Shown here: positions 21,193 to 30,245 of the stretch, piece after piece
How the letters are laid out: the number at the start of each line of letters is the position of its first letter
Position numbering within the stretch: position 1 is the stretch's first letter
From: Polaribacter sp.
GTDB taxonomy: Bacteria; Bacteroidota; Bacteroidia; Flavobacteriales; Flavobacteriaceae
Assembly: GCA_029245785.1 (NCBI GenBank)
Contig: JAQWOR010000074.1
Span: 4,758 to 68,757 of the forward strand
Length of the DNA stretch: 64,000 nt
Direction of reading: 5' to 3'
Program-made: the position numbers and the translations under genes
Notes under the pieces: model-generated
What the model saw: only the letters and a program-made list of their open reading frames with translations
What the model was told of the DNA's origin: nothing
The model's database searches: none

Positions 21193-22906
21193 TTTTTTGT
21201 TTTTCTATATAGCTATCAATTCTTTTTTCTAAGATCGATAAAGTAACGGTTCCTTCTGACAATAGCACTTCATGAAAATCTCGAACATCAAACTTGTTGC
21301 CCAATATTTTTTCAGCTTTTGCACGTAACTGTTTTATTTTAATCTCTCCTATTTTATACGAAATTGCTTGACCAGGCCAAGAAATATATCGATCTGTTTC
21401 TGTGGTAATTTCATGAATAGACAAGGCGGTATTTTCTGACATATATGCAATTACTTGTTGCCGTGTCCATCCCTTAGCATGCACACCTGGATCTACCACC
21501 AATCTACATGCACGCCACATTTCATAGGTAAGTTTTCCAAATTTTTCATAGAGTGTGGTATAAATTCCCATTTCGTCTGCCAAGGTTTCTGAATACAAAC
21601 CCCAACCCTCTCCATAAGCAGAAAGGTATAAATTTCGTCTAAAACTCGGAATGGTTTTAGGCAATTCACTATTCAACGACATTTGCAAATGATGTCCTGG
21701 AACAGCTTCATGTGCTGTTAACGCTGGAATTGTATACAACGTTCTACTTGGCAAATCATAGGTGTTTATCCAATAATGCCCTGCACTTGTTTCGTTTCTT
21801 GGCGGAGAATACCTTCCGCTTGTATATTTAGGTGCTATAGCAGCAGGAACTGGTACAACTCCGTACGGTTTTCGAGGCAAGGTCTTGAAAAATTTTGGCA
21901 ATTGATCATCAATTCTTTTCGAAACATCTCTTGCAAACATTAATAACTCTTTGGGGGTTTTTGCGAAAAACTGGGCATCGGTTCTTAAGAATTTTAAAAA
22001 ATCTGCAAAACTCCCTTTAAACCCCAACTCCTTAATAATCTGTTGCATTTCTGCTTTAATTCTAGCCACTTCTTCTAATCCAATAGCATATACATCATCT
22101 GCCGTATACTGATTGCTAGTTGTATAAAAATTGATTCTGTTTTGATAAAACGCCTTTCCATTAGGCACCGTAAACACCCCTAAGCCTTTTCGAGTATTCG
22201 GAAAATATTCTGTTTCAAAAAAGGCTTTAATCTTTTTGTACTGATCTACCGCATTTTTTTGAACACTCCTTTTCGCCACTTTAATAATTGAGTCTTTTAA
22301 CGCTTTTGAAAATGATTCAGGCAACTGATGAAAAGGTGTGTAGAATTCACTCTTTGTCACCTCTGTAACAAGGTGTTTGTCATAGGTAAATTCATACTTG
22401 GTAAAAACTGCTTTGGGCTGTGAGATCCCTTCTTCAATTCCTGCTCTTAACAGATTTAAATTATAAGCAACCTTTTGGGGTAATGCTTCCAACTGTTTCA
22501 AATACTCTCCTACCTGTTTTTTGTTTTCAAAGGTTCTATTTCCCATTCGACTTAAATTTAAATGGAAAGCGGATTCGTTTGTAATCGGGTTCAAATACAT
22601 TTTAAATGTATGTTGATCTATTTTATCTTGTAAAATAAACAACAGTAGTTCACGTGAAATTTGGTCTGTTTCTGATAAATTATTAGCTGTTATTTTTTTT
22701 ATTTCAGAAATTAGGTTTTTAGAAAAAGTCGCTTCAGCTTCAAAATATTTAGTGGTACTTTCTAGAGACTCTCCTCTTTTAAAATCATACGCTCTGGGCT
22801 CTTCATAAGTCGCTATTAAAGAGTACAACTGATTACTTGAAGAAGTGTTTTTACAAGCTGTAAGGCTTAGCAATAAGAAAAGGCCAAAGAGTCTAATTAT
22901 TTTCAT
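21182..22906 (-). CDS. DUF885 family lipoprotein (possible zinc metallopeptidase)
   Basis: Lipobox LTAC; HEAVPGHHLQ, EGWGLYSE, RACRLVVD, PGQAISYKIG motifs. Confidence 0.8.
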   Translation of the reverse strand: MKIIRLFGLFLLLSLTACKNTSSSNQLYSLIATYEEPRAYDFKRGESLESTTKYFEAEATFSKNLISEIKKITANNLSETDQISRELLLFILQDKIDQHTFKMYLNPITNESAFHLNLSRMGNRTFENKKQVGEYLKQLEALPQKVAYNLNLLRAGIEEGISQPKAVFTKYEFTYDKHLVTEVTKSEFYTPFHQLPESFSKALKDSIIKVAKRSVQKNAVDQYKKIKAFFETEYFPNTRKGLGVFTVPNGKAFYQNRINFYTTSNQYTADDVYAIGLEEVARIKAEMQQIIKELGFKGSFADFLKFLRTDAQFFAKTPKELLMFARDVSKRIDDQLPKFFKTLPRKPYGVVPVPAAIAPKYTSGRYSPPRNETSAGHYWINTYDLPSRTLYTIPALTAHEAVPGHHLQMSLNSELPKTIPSFRRNLYLSAYGEGWGLYSETLADEMGIYTTLYEKFGKLTYEMWRACRLVVDPGVHAKGWTRQQVIAYMSENTALSIHEITTETDRYISWPGQAISYKIGEIKIKQLRAKAEKILGNKFDVRDFHEVLLSEGTVTLSILEKRIDSYIEKQKNES

Positions 22907-22909
22907 GTG

Positions 22910-24493
22910 TTATACTTTATTTGTTGTTTTTACACCATTTATAGTTCTTAAAATTTTTAATGGATTTTCGTTTTTCAATGCTTCTGGCAGCAAGTTATTG
23001 GGCCAAGATTGAAAACTAAAAGGCCGTACCCAACGTTTTATAGAACCAACACCAACGGCTGTAAATCTTGCATCTGTAGATGCTGGATAAGGCCCTCCGT
23101 GTTGCATAGATGGGCACACCTCTACGCCTGTTGGAACTCCATTAAAAATAATTCTTCCCACCTTATCCTGTAAGGCTGAAACAACCTCTTTATAATTAAA
23201 AAGGTCTTCTCCTTCTCCAATAATAGTTCCTGTTAATTGCCCTTCTAGCTGTTTAACAACCTGTTCTAATTGTTGTTTGTCTTCACATTGAACTAGTAAA
23301 GAAAATGGGCCAAAAACTTCCTGATGTAAGGTTGGGTTTTCTAAAAACATTTTACCCTCAACTTTTGAAACTATTTGGCGGCCATAATTGCCTTTTATTT
23401 CTTGAGAGGATTCTGCTAAAACTTCTATTCCGCTTTGAGAAACCACGTGGGCTTTATTGCTTTCATAAGCCCCAACAATAGCTGGATGCAACATACAACT
23501 AGGTTCTACTTTTACAATTTCTTCTGCCAATACTTGAGAAAACTGATGTAATTGATTACTTTTAATTGCTATTAATAACCCTGGGTTTGTACAAAACTGC
23601 CCAGCTCCCAAGGTAATGGAACCTGCATAGGTTTTTGCCCAATCAGCAGCTTTTTCTTGTAATGCTTCAGGTAAAATAACTACTGGATTGACAGATCCCA
23701 TTTCTGCAAAAACCGGAATGGGCTCTGGTCTATTAGCTGCCAAATTAAACAATGCTCTACCTCCTCTAATACTTCCTGTAAATCCAACTCCTTTTACTAC
23801 CGGGTGTTGTACCAATTCTTGCCCAACTTCGATCCCGCTACTATTTAAATTAGAAAACACGCCATTTGGCATGCCTGTTTTTTCTGCGGCTTTAATAATC
23901 GCAGAAGCTACTAACTCTCCAGTTCCTGCATGCATTGGATGCGATTTTACAAGTACTGGGCAACCTGCTGCTAAAGCAGCAGCTGTATCTCCTCCGGCTG
24001 TAGAAAACGCCAAGGGAAAATTAGAAGCTCCAAAAACCACTATGGGCCCTAATGGTACTAGCATTTTTCGTAAATCTACCTTTGGTGTTGGCTGACGATC
24101 TGGTTGTGCTGTATCAATACTTGCTGCTATCCAAGAGCCTTCTTCTAAATGCGCTGCAAACGCTCTTAATTGTCCAACTGTTCTTCCTCGTTCTCCCATG
24201 GCTCTTCCTGTCGGCAAACCAGATTCTGATGTATAGACTTCTATTAATTCTGCTCCCAATGCTTCTATTTCTTCAGCAATTGCTCGTAAAAATACAGCCT
24301 TGTCTTTGCCTGACTTTTTACTATACGTTTGAAAGGCTTTAGAAGCCAATAGAGCCGCATCATTAATTTCATCTGAAGTTGCTTCTGTAAAAACAATGGT
24401 GTTTTCAGTATTCTTTTGCGGATTGAAAGTTGTATATGTTTTACTTCCAAGCGCTGAAAGTGTGTTTCCTATGTAATTTTTTCCTGTAATCAT
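22910..24493 (-). CDS. lhpG: NADP-dependent aldehyde dehydrogenase, alpha-ketoglutarate semialdehyde dehydrogenase type
   Basis: FGASNFPLAFS, FTGS, EMGSVNP, GQFCTNPG, EVFGP, HGGPYPA. Confidence 0.85.
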   Translation of the reverse strand: MITGKNYIGNTLSALGSKTYTTFNPQKNTENTIVFTEATSDEINDAALLASKAFQTYSKKSGKDKAVFLRAIAEEIEALGAELIEVYTSESGLPTGRAMGERGRTVGQLRAFAAHLEEGSWIAASIDTAQPDRQPTPKVDLRKMLVPLGPIVVFGASNFPLAFSTAGGDTAAALAAGCPVLVKSHPMHAGTGELVASAIIKAAEKTGMPNGVFSNLNSSGIEVGQELVQHPVVKGVGFTGSIRGGRALFNLAANRPEPIPVFAEMGSVNPVVILPEALQEKAADWAKTYAGSITLGAGQFCTNPGLLIAIKSNQLHQFSQVLAEEIVKVEPSCMLHPAIVGAYESNKAHVVSQSGIEVLAESSQEIKGNYGRQIVSKVEGKMFLENPTLHQEVFGPFSLLVQCEDKQQLEQVVKQLEGQLTGTIIGEGEDLFNYKEVVSALQDKVGRIIFNGVPTGVEVCPSMQHGGPYPASTDARFTAVGVGSIKRWVRPFSFQSWPNNLLPEALKNENPLKILRTINGVKTTNKV

Positions 24494-24756
24494 TTTTTCT
24501 GTATTCTTTTTAAATGGGCTTCTACATCTACTGGTTTATAAATTGTTTTTGTTGATACTGGATATTTTTCTAACAATGTCTTTGGTCGTATTGGGCGTTT
24601 TGTAAAGTTGCCTCCACAATTGGGGCAAACATGCTGTAACACCGTTGCAACACACTGGGCACAAAAGGTGCATTCAAATGTACAGATCATTGCTTCTTGA
24701 GCATCAAATGGCAATGTTTTATTACAATGTTCGCATGTTGGTCTTATCTCTAGCAT
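24490..24756 (-). CDS. DUF1272 family Cys-rich small protein
   Basis: MLEIRPTCEHC...ICTFECTFC...CPNCGG...RP pattern. Confidence 0.8.
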   Translation of the reverse strand: MLEIRPTCEHCNKTLPFDAQEAMICTFECTFCAQCVATVLQHVCPNCGGNFTKRPIRPKTLLEKYPVSTKTIYKPVDVEAHLKRIQKK

Positions 24757-24863
24757 GGTTTTTTATTTTGTGTTAAGGATTGCAGCGATATCCTTTTGTT
24801 TTTTTAACAAAAGATTTAGCTAAAAGCCTGACCGCGCCAAAGCGTGGTAACACCCAAATTATT

Positions 24864-25778
24864 TTACAACTGTTTATATGCTGGTAACGTTGGCCTGGTT
24901 TTCAATCCGTTTTCTATAATTGCCAATACATTTTCTCTTTCTTCACCAACTAATGGCAAGCGCGGCTCCCGCACATTTTCAGTTCCAATTCCAGTGGCTA
25001 CTTCTGCCAACTTAATATTTTGCACTAATTTAGTGTTTATATCTAACTCTAACAATGGTAAAAACCAACGATAAATTTTGATAGCTTCTTGTACTTTATC
25101 TGCTTTTGCTAGTTTGTAAATTGCAACCGTTTCTGCAGGAAACGCACAAACCAGTCCTGCAACCCAACCGTCTGCTCCCATTAGTAAACTTTCTAAAGCG
25201 AGTGTATCTACACCGCTTAAAATTGCAAAACGGTCTCCAAAACGAGTTTTCATTCTCGAAATATTAGAAATATCTCTAGTAGATTCTTTTACCGCTTGTA
25301 TGTTTTTACATGTGGCCAATTCTTCAAACATGTCTAAGGTAACTTCAATACCATAATCTACTGGATTATTGTAAATCATTATTGGTAATGATGTACTATT
25401 GGCTACTTTTTTAAAATACACAACTGTTTCTCTATCATCTGCTTTGTAACGCATTGGAGGTAGCATCATTAAGCCAGATGCGCCATCTTCTTCTGCCTTT
25501 CTAGCTGCATCTATAGCTGCTGTTGTAGTTTGTTCAGCTATATTTATAATTACCGGAACTGCTCCATCAACTATTTCTACTGTTTTTCTAATTAAAATTC
25601 TTTTTTCATCATCAGTTAATGTACTAGCTTCTCCTAGTGTTCCTCCTAAAATAATTCCGCTAACACCAGCTGCTAACTGTGCCTTGATGTTTACTTCAAA
25701 ATTCACTAAATCTAAGGTGTCTTCACTTGTAAATTTGGTGGTTACTGCTGGCATAACGCCTTTCCATTGTATACTCAT
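24864..25778 (-). CDS. lhpC: DHDPS/NAL family; probable Delta1-pyrroline-4-hydroxy-2-carboxylate deaminase
   Basis: GGTLGE, YNNP and Schiff-base KES motifs; first gene of the Hyp operon. Confidence 0.8.
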   Translation of the reverse strand: MSIQWKGVMPAVTTKFTSEDTLDLVNFEVNIKAQLAAGVSGIILGGTLGEASTLTDDEKRILIRKTVEIVDGAVPVIINIAEQTTTAAIDAARKAEEDGASGLMMLPPMRYKADDRETVVYFKKVANSTSLPIMIYNNPVDYGIEVTLDMFEELATCKNIQAVKESTRDISNISRMKTRFGDRFAILSGVDTLALESLLMGADGWVAGLVCAFPAETVAIYKLAKADKVQEAIKIYRWFLPLLELDINTKLVQNIKLAEVATGIGTENVREPRLPLVGEERENVLAIIENGLKTRPTLPAYKQL

Positions 25779-25798
25779 ACTTATTGTGTTATTTTTTA

Positions 25799-25806
25799 CA
25801 AATTTA
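25799..25806 (-). promoter_or_regulatory. Bacteroidota -7 promoter element (TAAATTTG) for the Hyp operon
   Basis: Exact TAnnTTTG match about 20 nt upstream of the 25778 start. Confidence 0.6.
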
Positions 25807-25905
25807 CAGCCGAAATAAGAATTCTAGATTATCGCATATTAACTAATGCTGATATTTTATTACCCTTCTAGTATATTATTATCAATTTTTAGGTGAATTT
25901 TAGCA

Positions 25906-25913
25906 TATATTTG
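25906..25913 (+). promoter_or_regulatory. Bacteroidota -7 promoter element (TATATTTG) for the AraC gene
   Basis: Exact TAnnTTTG match 12 nt upstream of ATG 25926. Confidence 0.6.
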
Positions 25914-25925
25914 TAAAAAAAACTT

Positions 25926-26765
25926 ATGAAAATACTTCCTTTTAAAATTTCGAAATCGGAAAATGTATCGCTTATTTACCAAGAAGATATAGGAGAAATA
26001 TTCTACGATAAATTACACCAACATGAAGAGATACAACTTTGCGCTATTGTAGAGGGCGAAGGGAATTTGGTTGTTGGCGATACCATTAACGAATATACTT
26101 CTGGAGATGTTTTAGTGATTGGAAGTAACCTGCCTCACGTATTTAAAAGTGACACAAGCACTTATAAATCAACTTTTATGATGACTCTTTTTTTTACCAA
26201 AGACTCTTTTGGAGAGCGGTTTTTTAAGCTTGGAGATTTTAGTGTAGTTGAAAAATTATTTAAAATTAGCAGCACAGGAGGAAAAGTAACATCAAACCAA
26301 ACTGCTTTAATGGCCTTGTTTTTATCTTTAAAAAAGGCGTCATATTTAGATCGGTTTATCATCTTCTTAAGAATTGTAAGTCTTATTTTAACATCTGAAT
26401 CTGTACCGCTGTCTAATTTTGTCTATCAAAAAGCATATTCTGACAATGAAGGAAAAAGAATGAGTAATGTGATGGATTTTACAATGAATCATTTTTTTAC
26501 AGAAATTAATTTAAAAACCATCTCCGGAGTTTCAAATATGACTCCCAATGCGTTTTGTAGGTATTTTAAACAACGTACAAATAAAACCTATTTTCAGTTT
26601 TTAATAGAGGTTAGAATTGAGAATGCTTGTCGTTTATTAAAGAATAAAGATTTGTTAGTTTCTGAAATTTCTGAAAAATCTGGCTTTAAAAACATCTCCA
26701 ATTTTAATCGAAAATTTAAAAGCGTAAAAGGTATTACGCCTTCTGCATATAGGTTATCAAGCTAA
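25926..26765 (+). CDS. AraC-family regulator (cupin + HTH), divergent from the Hyp operon
   Basis: LHQHEEIQL cupin; FCRYFK...RIENAC...SGFKNISNFNRKFK double HTH. Confidence 0.9.
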   Translation: MKILPFKISKSENVSLIYQEDIGEIFYDKLHQHEEIQLCAIVEGEGNLVVGDTINEYTSGDVLVIGSNLPHVFKSDTSTYKSTFMMTLFFTKDSFGERFFKLGDFSVVEKLFKISSTGGKVTSNQTALMALFLSLKKASYLDRFIIFLRIVSLILTSESVPLSNFVYQKAYSDNEGKRMSNVMDFTMNHFFTEINLKTISGVSNMTPNAFCRYFKQRTNKTYFQFLIEVRIENACRLLKNKDLLVSEISEKSGFKNISNFNRKFKSVKGITPSAYRLSS

Positions 26766-26787
26766 AAATTTAACAAATATCATTTAC

Positions 26788-28299
26788 TCAAAAAGGAGGA
26801 AGCTCATAAACAAATCCTGGAGCACCTACTCCTGAATTAAGAGATGTTATCCAAGGCCCAATATAAGGTTTAGAGGTAGATGGGTAATTTTCATGAGTTA
26901 GATAGGTCAATTTAGAAGAGGTATTTGGAGCTACACCAGACAGTTTTAAATACATCACTTTTCCTTCATCATTGGTTGTTTTACCTACTTCTGTAACTGA
27001 TACAGAAGACGAACTAATACTTATAAAATCTTTTAAATCATAAGACACACCAGCCACAGACAATGACTGCTGTACAGTAATAGCACGATCATATTTAATA
27101 AAGATTGAATCAGCACTTTGAGCATAAGTAACATCTACAATTTTAGGAACGTCATATTCTAATTTTCTATCATAAAAATCGTCCAAGATCAGGTTACCAA
27201 TCCAATTGGCAAGTGTTTCATATGCATGGGCATGATAATGACACCCGTCGCTAAGAAAATAATTACCATTGTTATTTTGGTCAGGAAGAAAACCGTGACG
27301 GGTCATAAGTCTTATATTTTCATTTTCAACTGCAAACTGCCTTTGGGCTTCTCTTACTCCGGCATGGTTACCAAGTGAAGCACATCCTGGAGGAGTTTGT
27401 ACAAGATAGAATTTTTCAAAAGAAAAATCACTATTTAACGAATTGTACAAATTTTTCAATGCAGACTTATAGCTATCTACTGAAGCATTACCATTACTTT
27501 CACCTTGATTCCATACAAAACCCTTGATAGCATTTCTTACTCCTCCTTTATTTAAACGGTAGCTTAACCGATCATAAGGAGTATTTTGATGGCTATCAGC
27601 AGATGATAAATAATGATCTATAGATCCTCCTCCTCCAGCTCCATTGATAATAGCAATAGGTACATTTAATGAATCTACTAATTTTACACCCAAGTTAATA
27701 CCTAGTACACCTACCATACCAGAACCAACATATTCTTGCATGGATAAGTCTGGGGCCTTCCCTCTTGCCTTATACCAAAGAGTATCTCTTGCGTGCGGTA
27801 ATATCGCTGATTTGCTATAAACATGCATGGCACCTATTGTTCTTACCCAATCTGCAGAAGCTGGTAGATCATTGTCGTTATATTTATTATCATAATCCTG
27901 AGCCCATGCGTTGGACTGTCCGTGGATTACATACACATCTCCGCATACTACATTTTTCACTTGTTCAATAAGGGCTGAAGTAGCTCCTTCTTTTCCGAAT
28001 ATATCAAATGTATAATTCTTTAGTTCGGCATTTATAATTACTTCTTTTGAAAACTCTCCTCTTGTCACAACTGCTTCTATATGTTGAGCAGCAGCACCTT
28101 CTTTTTTGATAGTAATGGCAATACTATTGTATTTAGCCGAAGTACCTGCAATAGTTATAATACAATCACCTTTTGTGTTTCTAGCGTATAACTGATTGTC
28201 TAAAGGCACCTTTGTAAGAGTTGTTTTAATTGTTGACTGCCCACCATCACCTGGCTCGATTATACCAGGATCTTCAATGTTTTTAGAACAAGAAAACAT
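26788..28299 (-). CDS. SASA/CE6-like carbohydrate O-acetylesterase lipoprotein; 5' end appears truncated
   Basis: HGQSNA, WNQGESN and DGCHY SGNH-type motifs; the in-frame hydrophobic stretch LITITISLSVLIG-MFSC upstream has no start codon before a TAA. Confidence 0.7.
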   Translation of the reverse strand: MFSCSKNIEDPGIIEPGDGGQSTIKTTLTKVPLDNQLYARNTKGDCIITIAGTSAKYNSIAITIKKEGAAAQHIEAVVTRGEFSKEVIINAELKNYTFDIFGKEGATSALIEQVKNVVCGDVYVIHGQSNAWAQDYDNKYNDNDLPASADWVRTIGAMHVYSKSAILPHARDTLWYKARGKAPDLSMQEYVGSGMVGVLGINLGVKLVDSLNVPIAIINGAGGGGSIDHYLSSADSHQNTPYDRLSYRLNKGGVRNAIKGFVWNQGESNGNASVDSYKSALKNLYNSLNSDFSFEKFYLVQTPPGCASLGNHAGVREAQRQFAVENENIRLMTRHGFLPDQNNNGNYFLSDGCHYHAHAYETLANWIGNLILDDFYDRKLEYDVPKIVDVTYAQSADSIFIKYDRAITVQQSLSVAGVSYDLKDFISISSSSVSVTEVGKTTNDEGKVMYLKLSGVAPNTSSKLTYLTHENYPSTSKPYIGPWITSLNSGVGAPGFVYELPPF

Positions 28300-28338
28300 T
28301 CCTATTAGTACGCTAAGGCTTATTGTTATTGTTATTAA

Positions 28339-28662
28339 GAAGCTAAGAACTTACTAGGGCAAGATCCTTCTGCAGAAATCAATAAAATTAGAGCAAGAGC
28401 TTATGGAGCTAATTATGTTTCAGCAACTCACGGTTATACTAATAGCGGTAAAACTGATAATGCTAACGCCATTCTTAATGAGCGTTATAAAGAGTTTATT
28501 GCTGAAGGTAAAAGATGGTATGATCTAAGAAGAGCTGGAAATAGCTTTGTGTATGACAACGTGCAATATATAGATGCATCTAAATCTCATTTATTACTTC
28601 TTCCGATTAGAACAAGTGATATTGGAGCAAATGATTTACTGGTACAAACTCCAGGATATTAA
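28339..28662 (+). pseudogene. susD: 3' fragment (107 codons) of a SusD/RagB gene; not in the ORF track
   Basis: Manual translation: EAKNLLGQDPSAEINKIRARAY...ILNERYKEFIAEGKRWYDLRR...LLLPI...QTPGY*; no start codon, preceded by TAA. Confidence 0.88.
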
Positions 28663-28890
28663 TTAAAATTAAACTTTGTTTTCATTGAGTTTAGGTTAAT
28701 TTGAATTAAAGAGGGACTTAGCTTCAATTCGTCCCTCTTTTATAAACTGAAATTACTTGTTTCAATTGGTCTGATAAATAGAAACCATCTATTGAAACAA
28801 ACAACTAGACATTAAAATTAAACTTTTTTTTATTAGAGTTTAGATTAGGTTAATTTAAAGAGGGACTCAGCTCCAATTCTGTCCCTCTTT
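28663..28890 (+). repeat. Two imperfect ~78-bp direct repeats (28663-28740, 28812-28890), each ending in an AAAGAGGGAC...GTCCCTCTTT terminator-like hairpin
   Basis: Direct alignment of the two units by eye. Confidence 0.85.
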
Positions 28891-28947
28891 TTCAACACTA
28901 AACCAACTTTAAAATGAATAATAAATTTATACTTGGTTTATTTTACC

Positions 28948-28977
28948 AAAAAGAGGAAGCATATGCTTCCTCTTTTT
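28948..28977. terminator. Perfect 30-bp palindrome, bidirectional intrinsic terminator
   Basis: AAAAAGAGGAAGCAT|ATGCTTCCTCTTTTT. Confidence 0.8.
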
Positions 28978-29087
28978 TTACTTTTATCCTAAAAATTCTT
29001 CTTCCTTCTGCCCAATAACTATTGGTTATAAATTGGTAAATAACATCTATTTGAAGATTCAATTTACCAATAGAAATGGTTGTCATT

Positions 29088-29834
29088 TTATGTTATTTCA
29101 TATAAAACGGGCTTACTTGGGCTTGCATCATTTTCAAAAGGCGCAATCATAAGATTTAAAAAATAGGTGCCGTCGTTCACTGAATTTGGCACATAAATAA
29201 ATTCGGTAATTGTAGCATCTAACCTTATTTTACCAGCGGTATTCCAAAATGCATTGTGAGACAACAATTGTCCTCCATCTTTCTCTTTATCAACAGAAGG
29301 TAAATCGATTAATAAATGTTTGATTCCTTTTTCTCGCAAATATACCGCAGCTTCTTCTAACATATATGTTGGGTTTGTATTTGAGTACTGCATCTCTTTT
29401 TTATCTTCTAAATTCGGAAGTGTGCGAATTACCAACGCATCTCTTTTTTTATTTCCTAAGGCAAATTGAAGTTGTTTTTTAGAAATTACAAAATCGTCAT
29501 TCAATTGCTGTGGAGCAATGGTAATTACCTCCGCTAAAAAGAAAAATTGCTGTAAATTTTTATTGACAGAATACACTTTTTCAGTAATATGCCCTACACA
29601 TTCTGTATGTGTAATATGCGAATGTGGATTAAACTCAATCGTATTAAAATTCACATCTGCTCCCTCTGCAACACTTCCAATCCAATCTTCTGACGCTACA
29701 GGGAAAATTTTAGGAGCATCAATATACCAAGCGTTTATATTTTGTTTTGAAGTATCAATAGCAATAGAAATATCAATAGGTTTTGAAAAATCTATCTGGT
29801 ATTTTTTAGAGTTGTATTTTATTTCTGCAATCAT
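29088..29834 (-). CDS. Cyclase family metal-dependent hydrolase (kynurenine formamidase-like)
   Basis: HSHITHTECVGH, LLIDLPSVD, H..., E..., DASPSKPVL motifs. Confidence 0.85.
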   Translation of the reverse strand: MIAEIKYNSKKYQIDFSKPIDISIAIDTSKQNINAWYIDAPKIFPVASEDWIGSVAEGADVNFNTIEFNPHSHITHTECVGHITEKVYSVNKNLQQFFFLAEVITIAPQQLNDDFVISKKQLQFALGNKKRDALVIRTLPNLEDKKEMQYSNTNPTYMLEEAAVYLREKGIKHLLIDLPSVDKEKDGGQLLSHNAFWNTAGKIRLDATITEFIYVPNSVNDGTYFLNLMIAPFENDASPSKPVLYEIT

Positions 29835-29836
29835 TT

Positions 29837-29860
29837 ATACTGAATTTATTTCAGTATCTC
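29837..29860 (+). repeat. REP-like palindrome ATACTGAA-TTTAT-TTCAGTATCTC
   Basis: 8-bp stem; matches copies at 30223, 42902, 60094 and 60181. Confidence 0.8.
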
Positions 29861-29872
29861 TTAATCGAAATA

Positions 29873-30158
29873 CTATAACTCCAAATATAAGTTTTTTAAT
29901 TGAGGGTTATTCATTTTTATCAAATTCCATTTCCATTCTTTATGCCAATTTTTTAATTGTTTTTCTCTTAAAAACGCTTTATGAAAGTTTTGAATATTTT
30001 TCAAAATACATCAATTCATTTACACTATACTTCTTTGTAAACCTAGCTGCTTTACCATCAATATAAAGCTCAACTCTTTTCTTTAAATCTTTTGTAGCTC
30101 CTATATATAGAACTGTTTTGTTTTTATTTGTCAGAATATACAAATATCCTTCAATCAT
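29873..30158 (-). pseudogene. Small GIY-YIG nuclease (YazA/UPF0213-like), frameshifted by one extra A; not in the ORF track
   Basis: MIEGYLYILTNKNKTVLYIGATKDLKKRV...; removing one A from tcAAAActtt (29988-29991) restores ...KYSNFHKAFLREKQLKNWHKEWKWNLIKMNNPQLKNL, 94 aa. Confidence 0.85.
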
Positions 30159-30222
30159 AGCATTTTTTTGAAGTGAATCTTAAAAATATGGAAACTAATT
30201 AAAAGTTCAATTAGATTTTAAC

Positions 30223-30245
30223 AGATACTGAAACTAGTTCAGTAT
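30223..30245 (-). repeat. REP-like palindrome, inverted relative to the 29837 copy; contains the hemW stop codon
   Basis: AGATACTGAAACTAGTTCAGTAT. Confidence 0.75.

Noticed and set aside
25830-25890. Possible AraC half-sites (ATATT-containing repeats about 21 bp apart)
   Set aside because: The region is very AT-rich and the match is too weak to distinguish from chance by eye
28330-28945. Site-specific invertible susD shufflon
   Set aside because: No inverted repeats at the putative breakpoints and no recombinase nearby
29518-30066. 182-aa plus-strand ORF
   Set aside because: Antisense shadow of the cyclase gene and the GIY-YIG pseudogene, with no recognisable motifs
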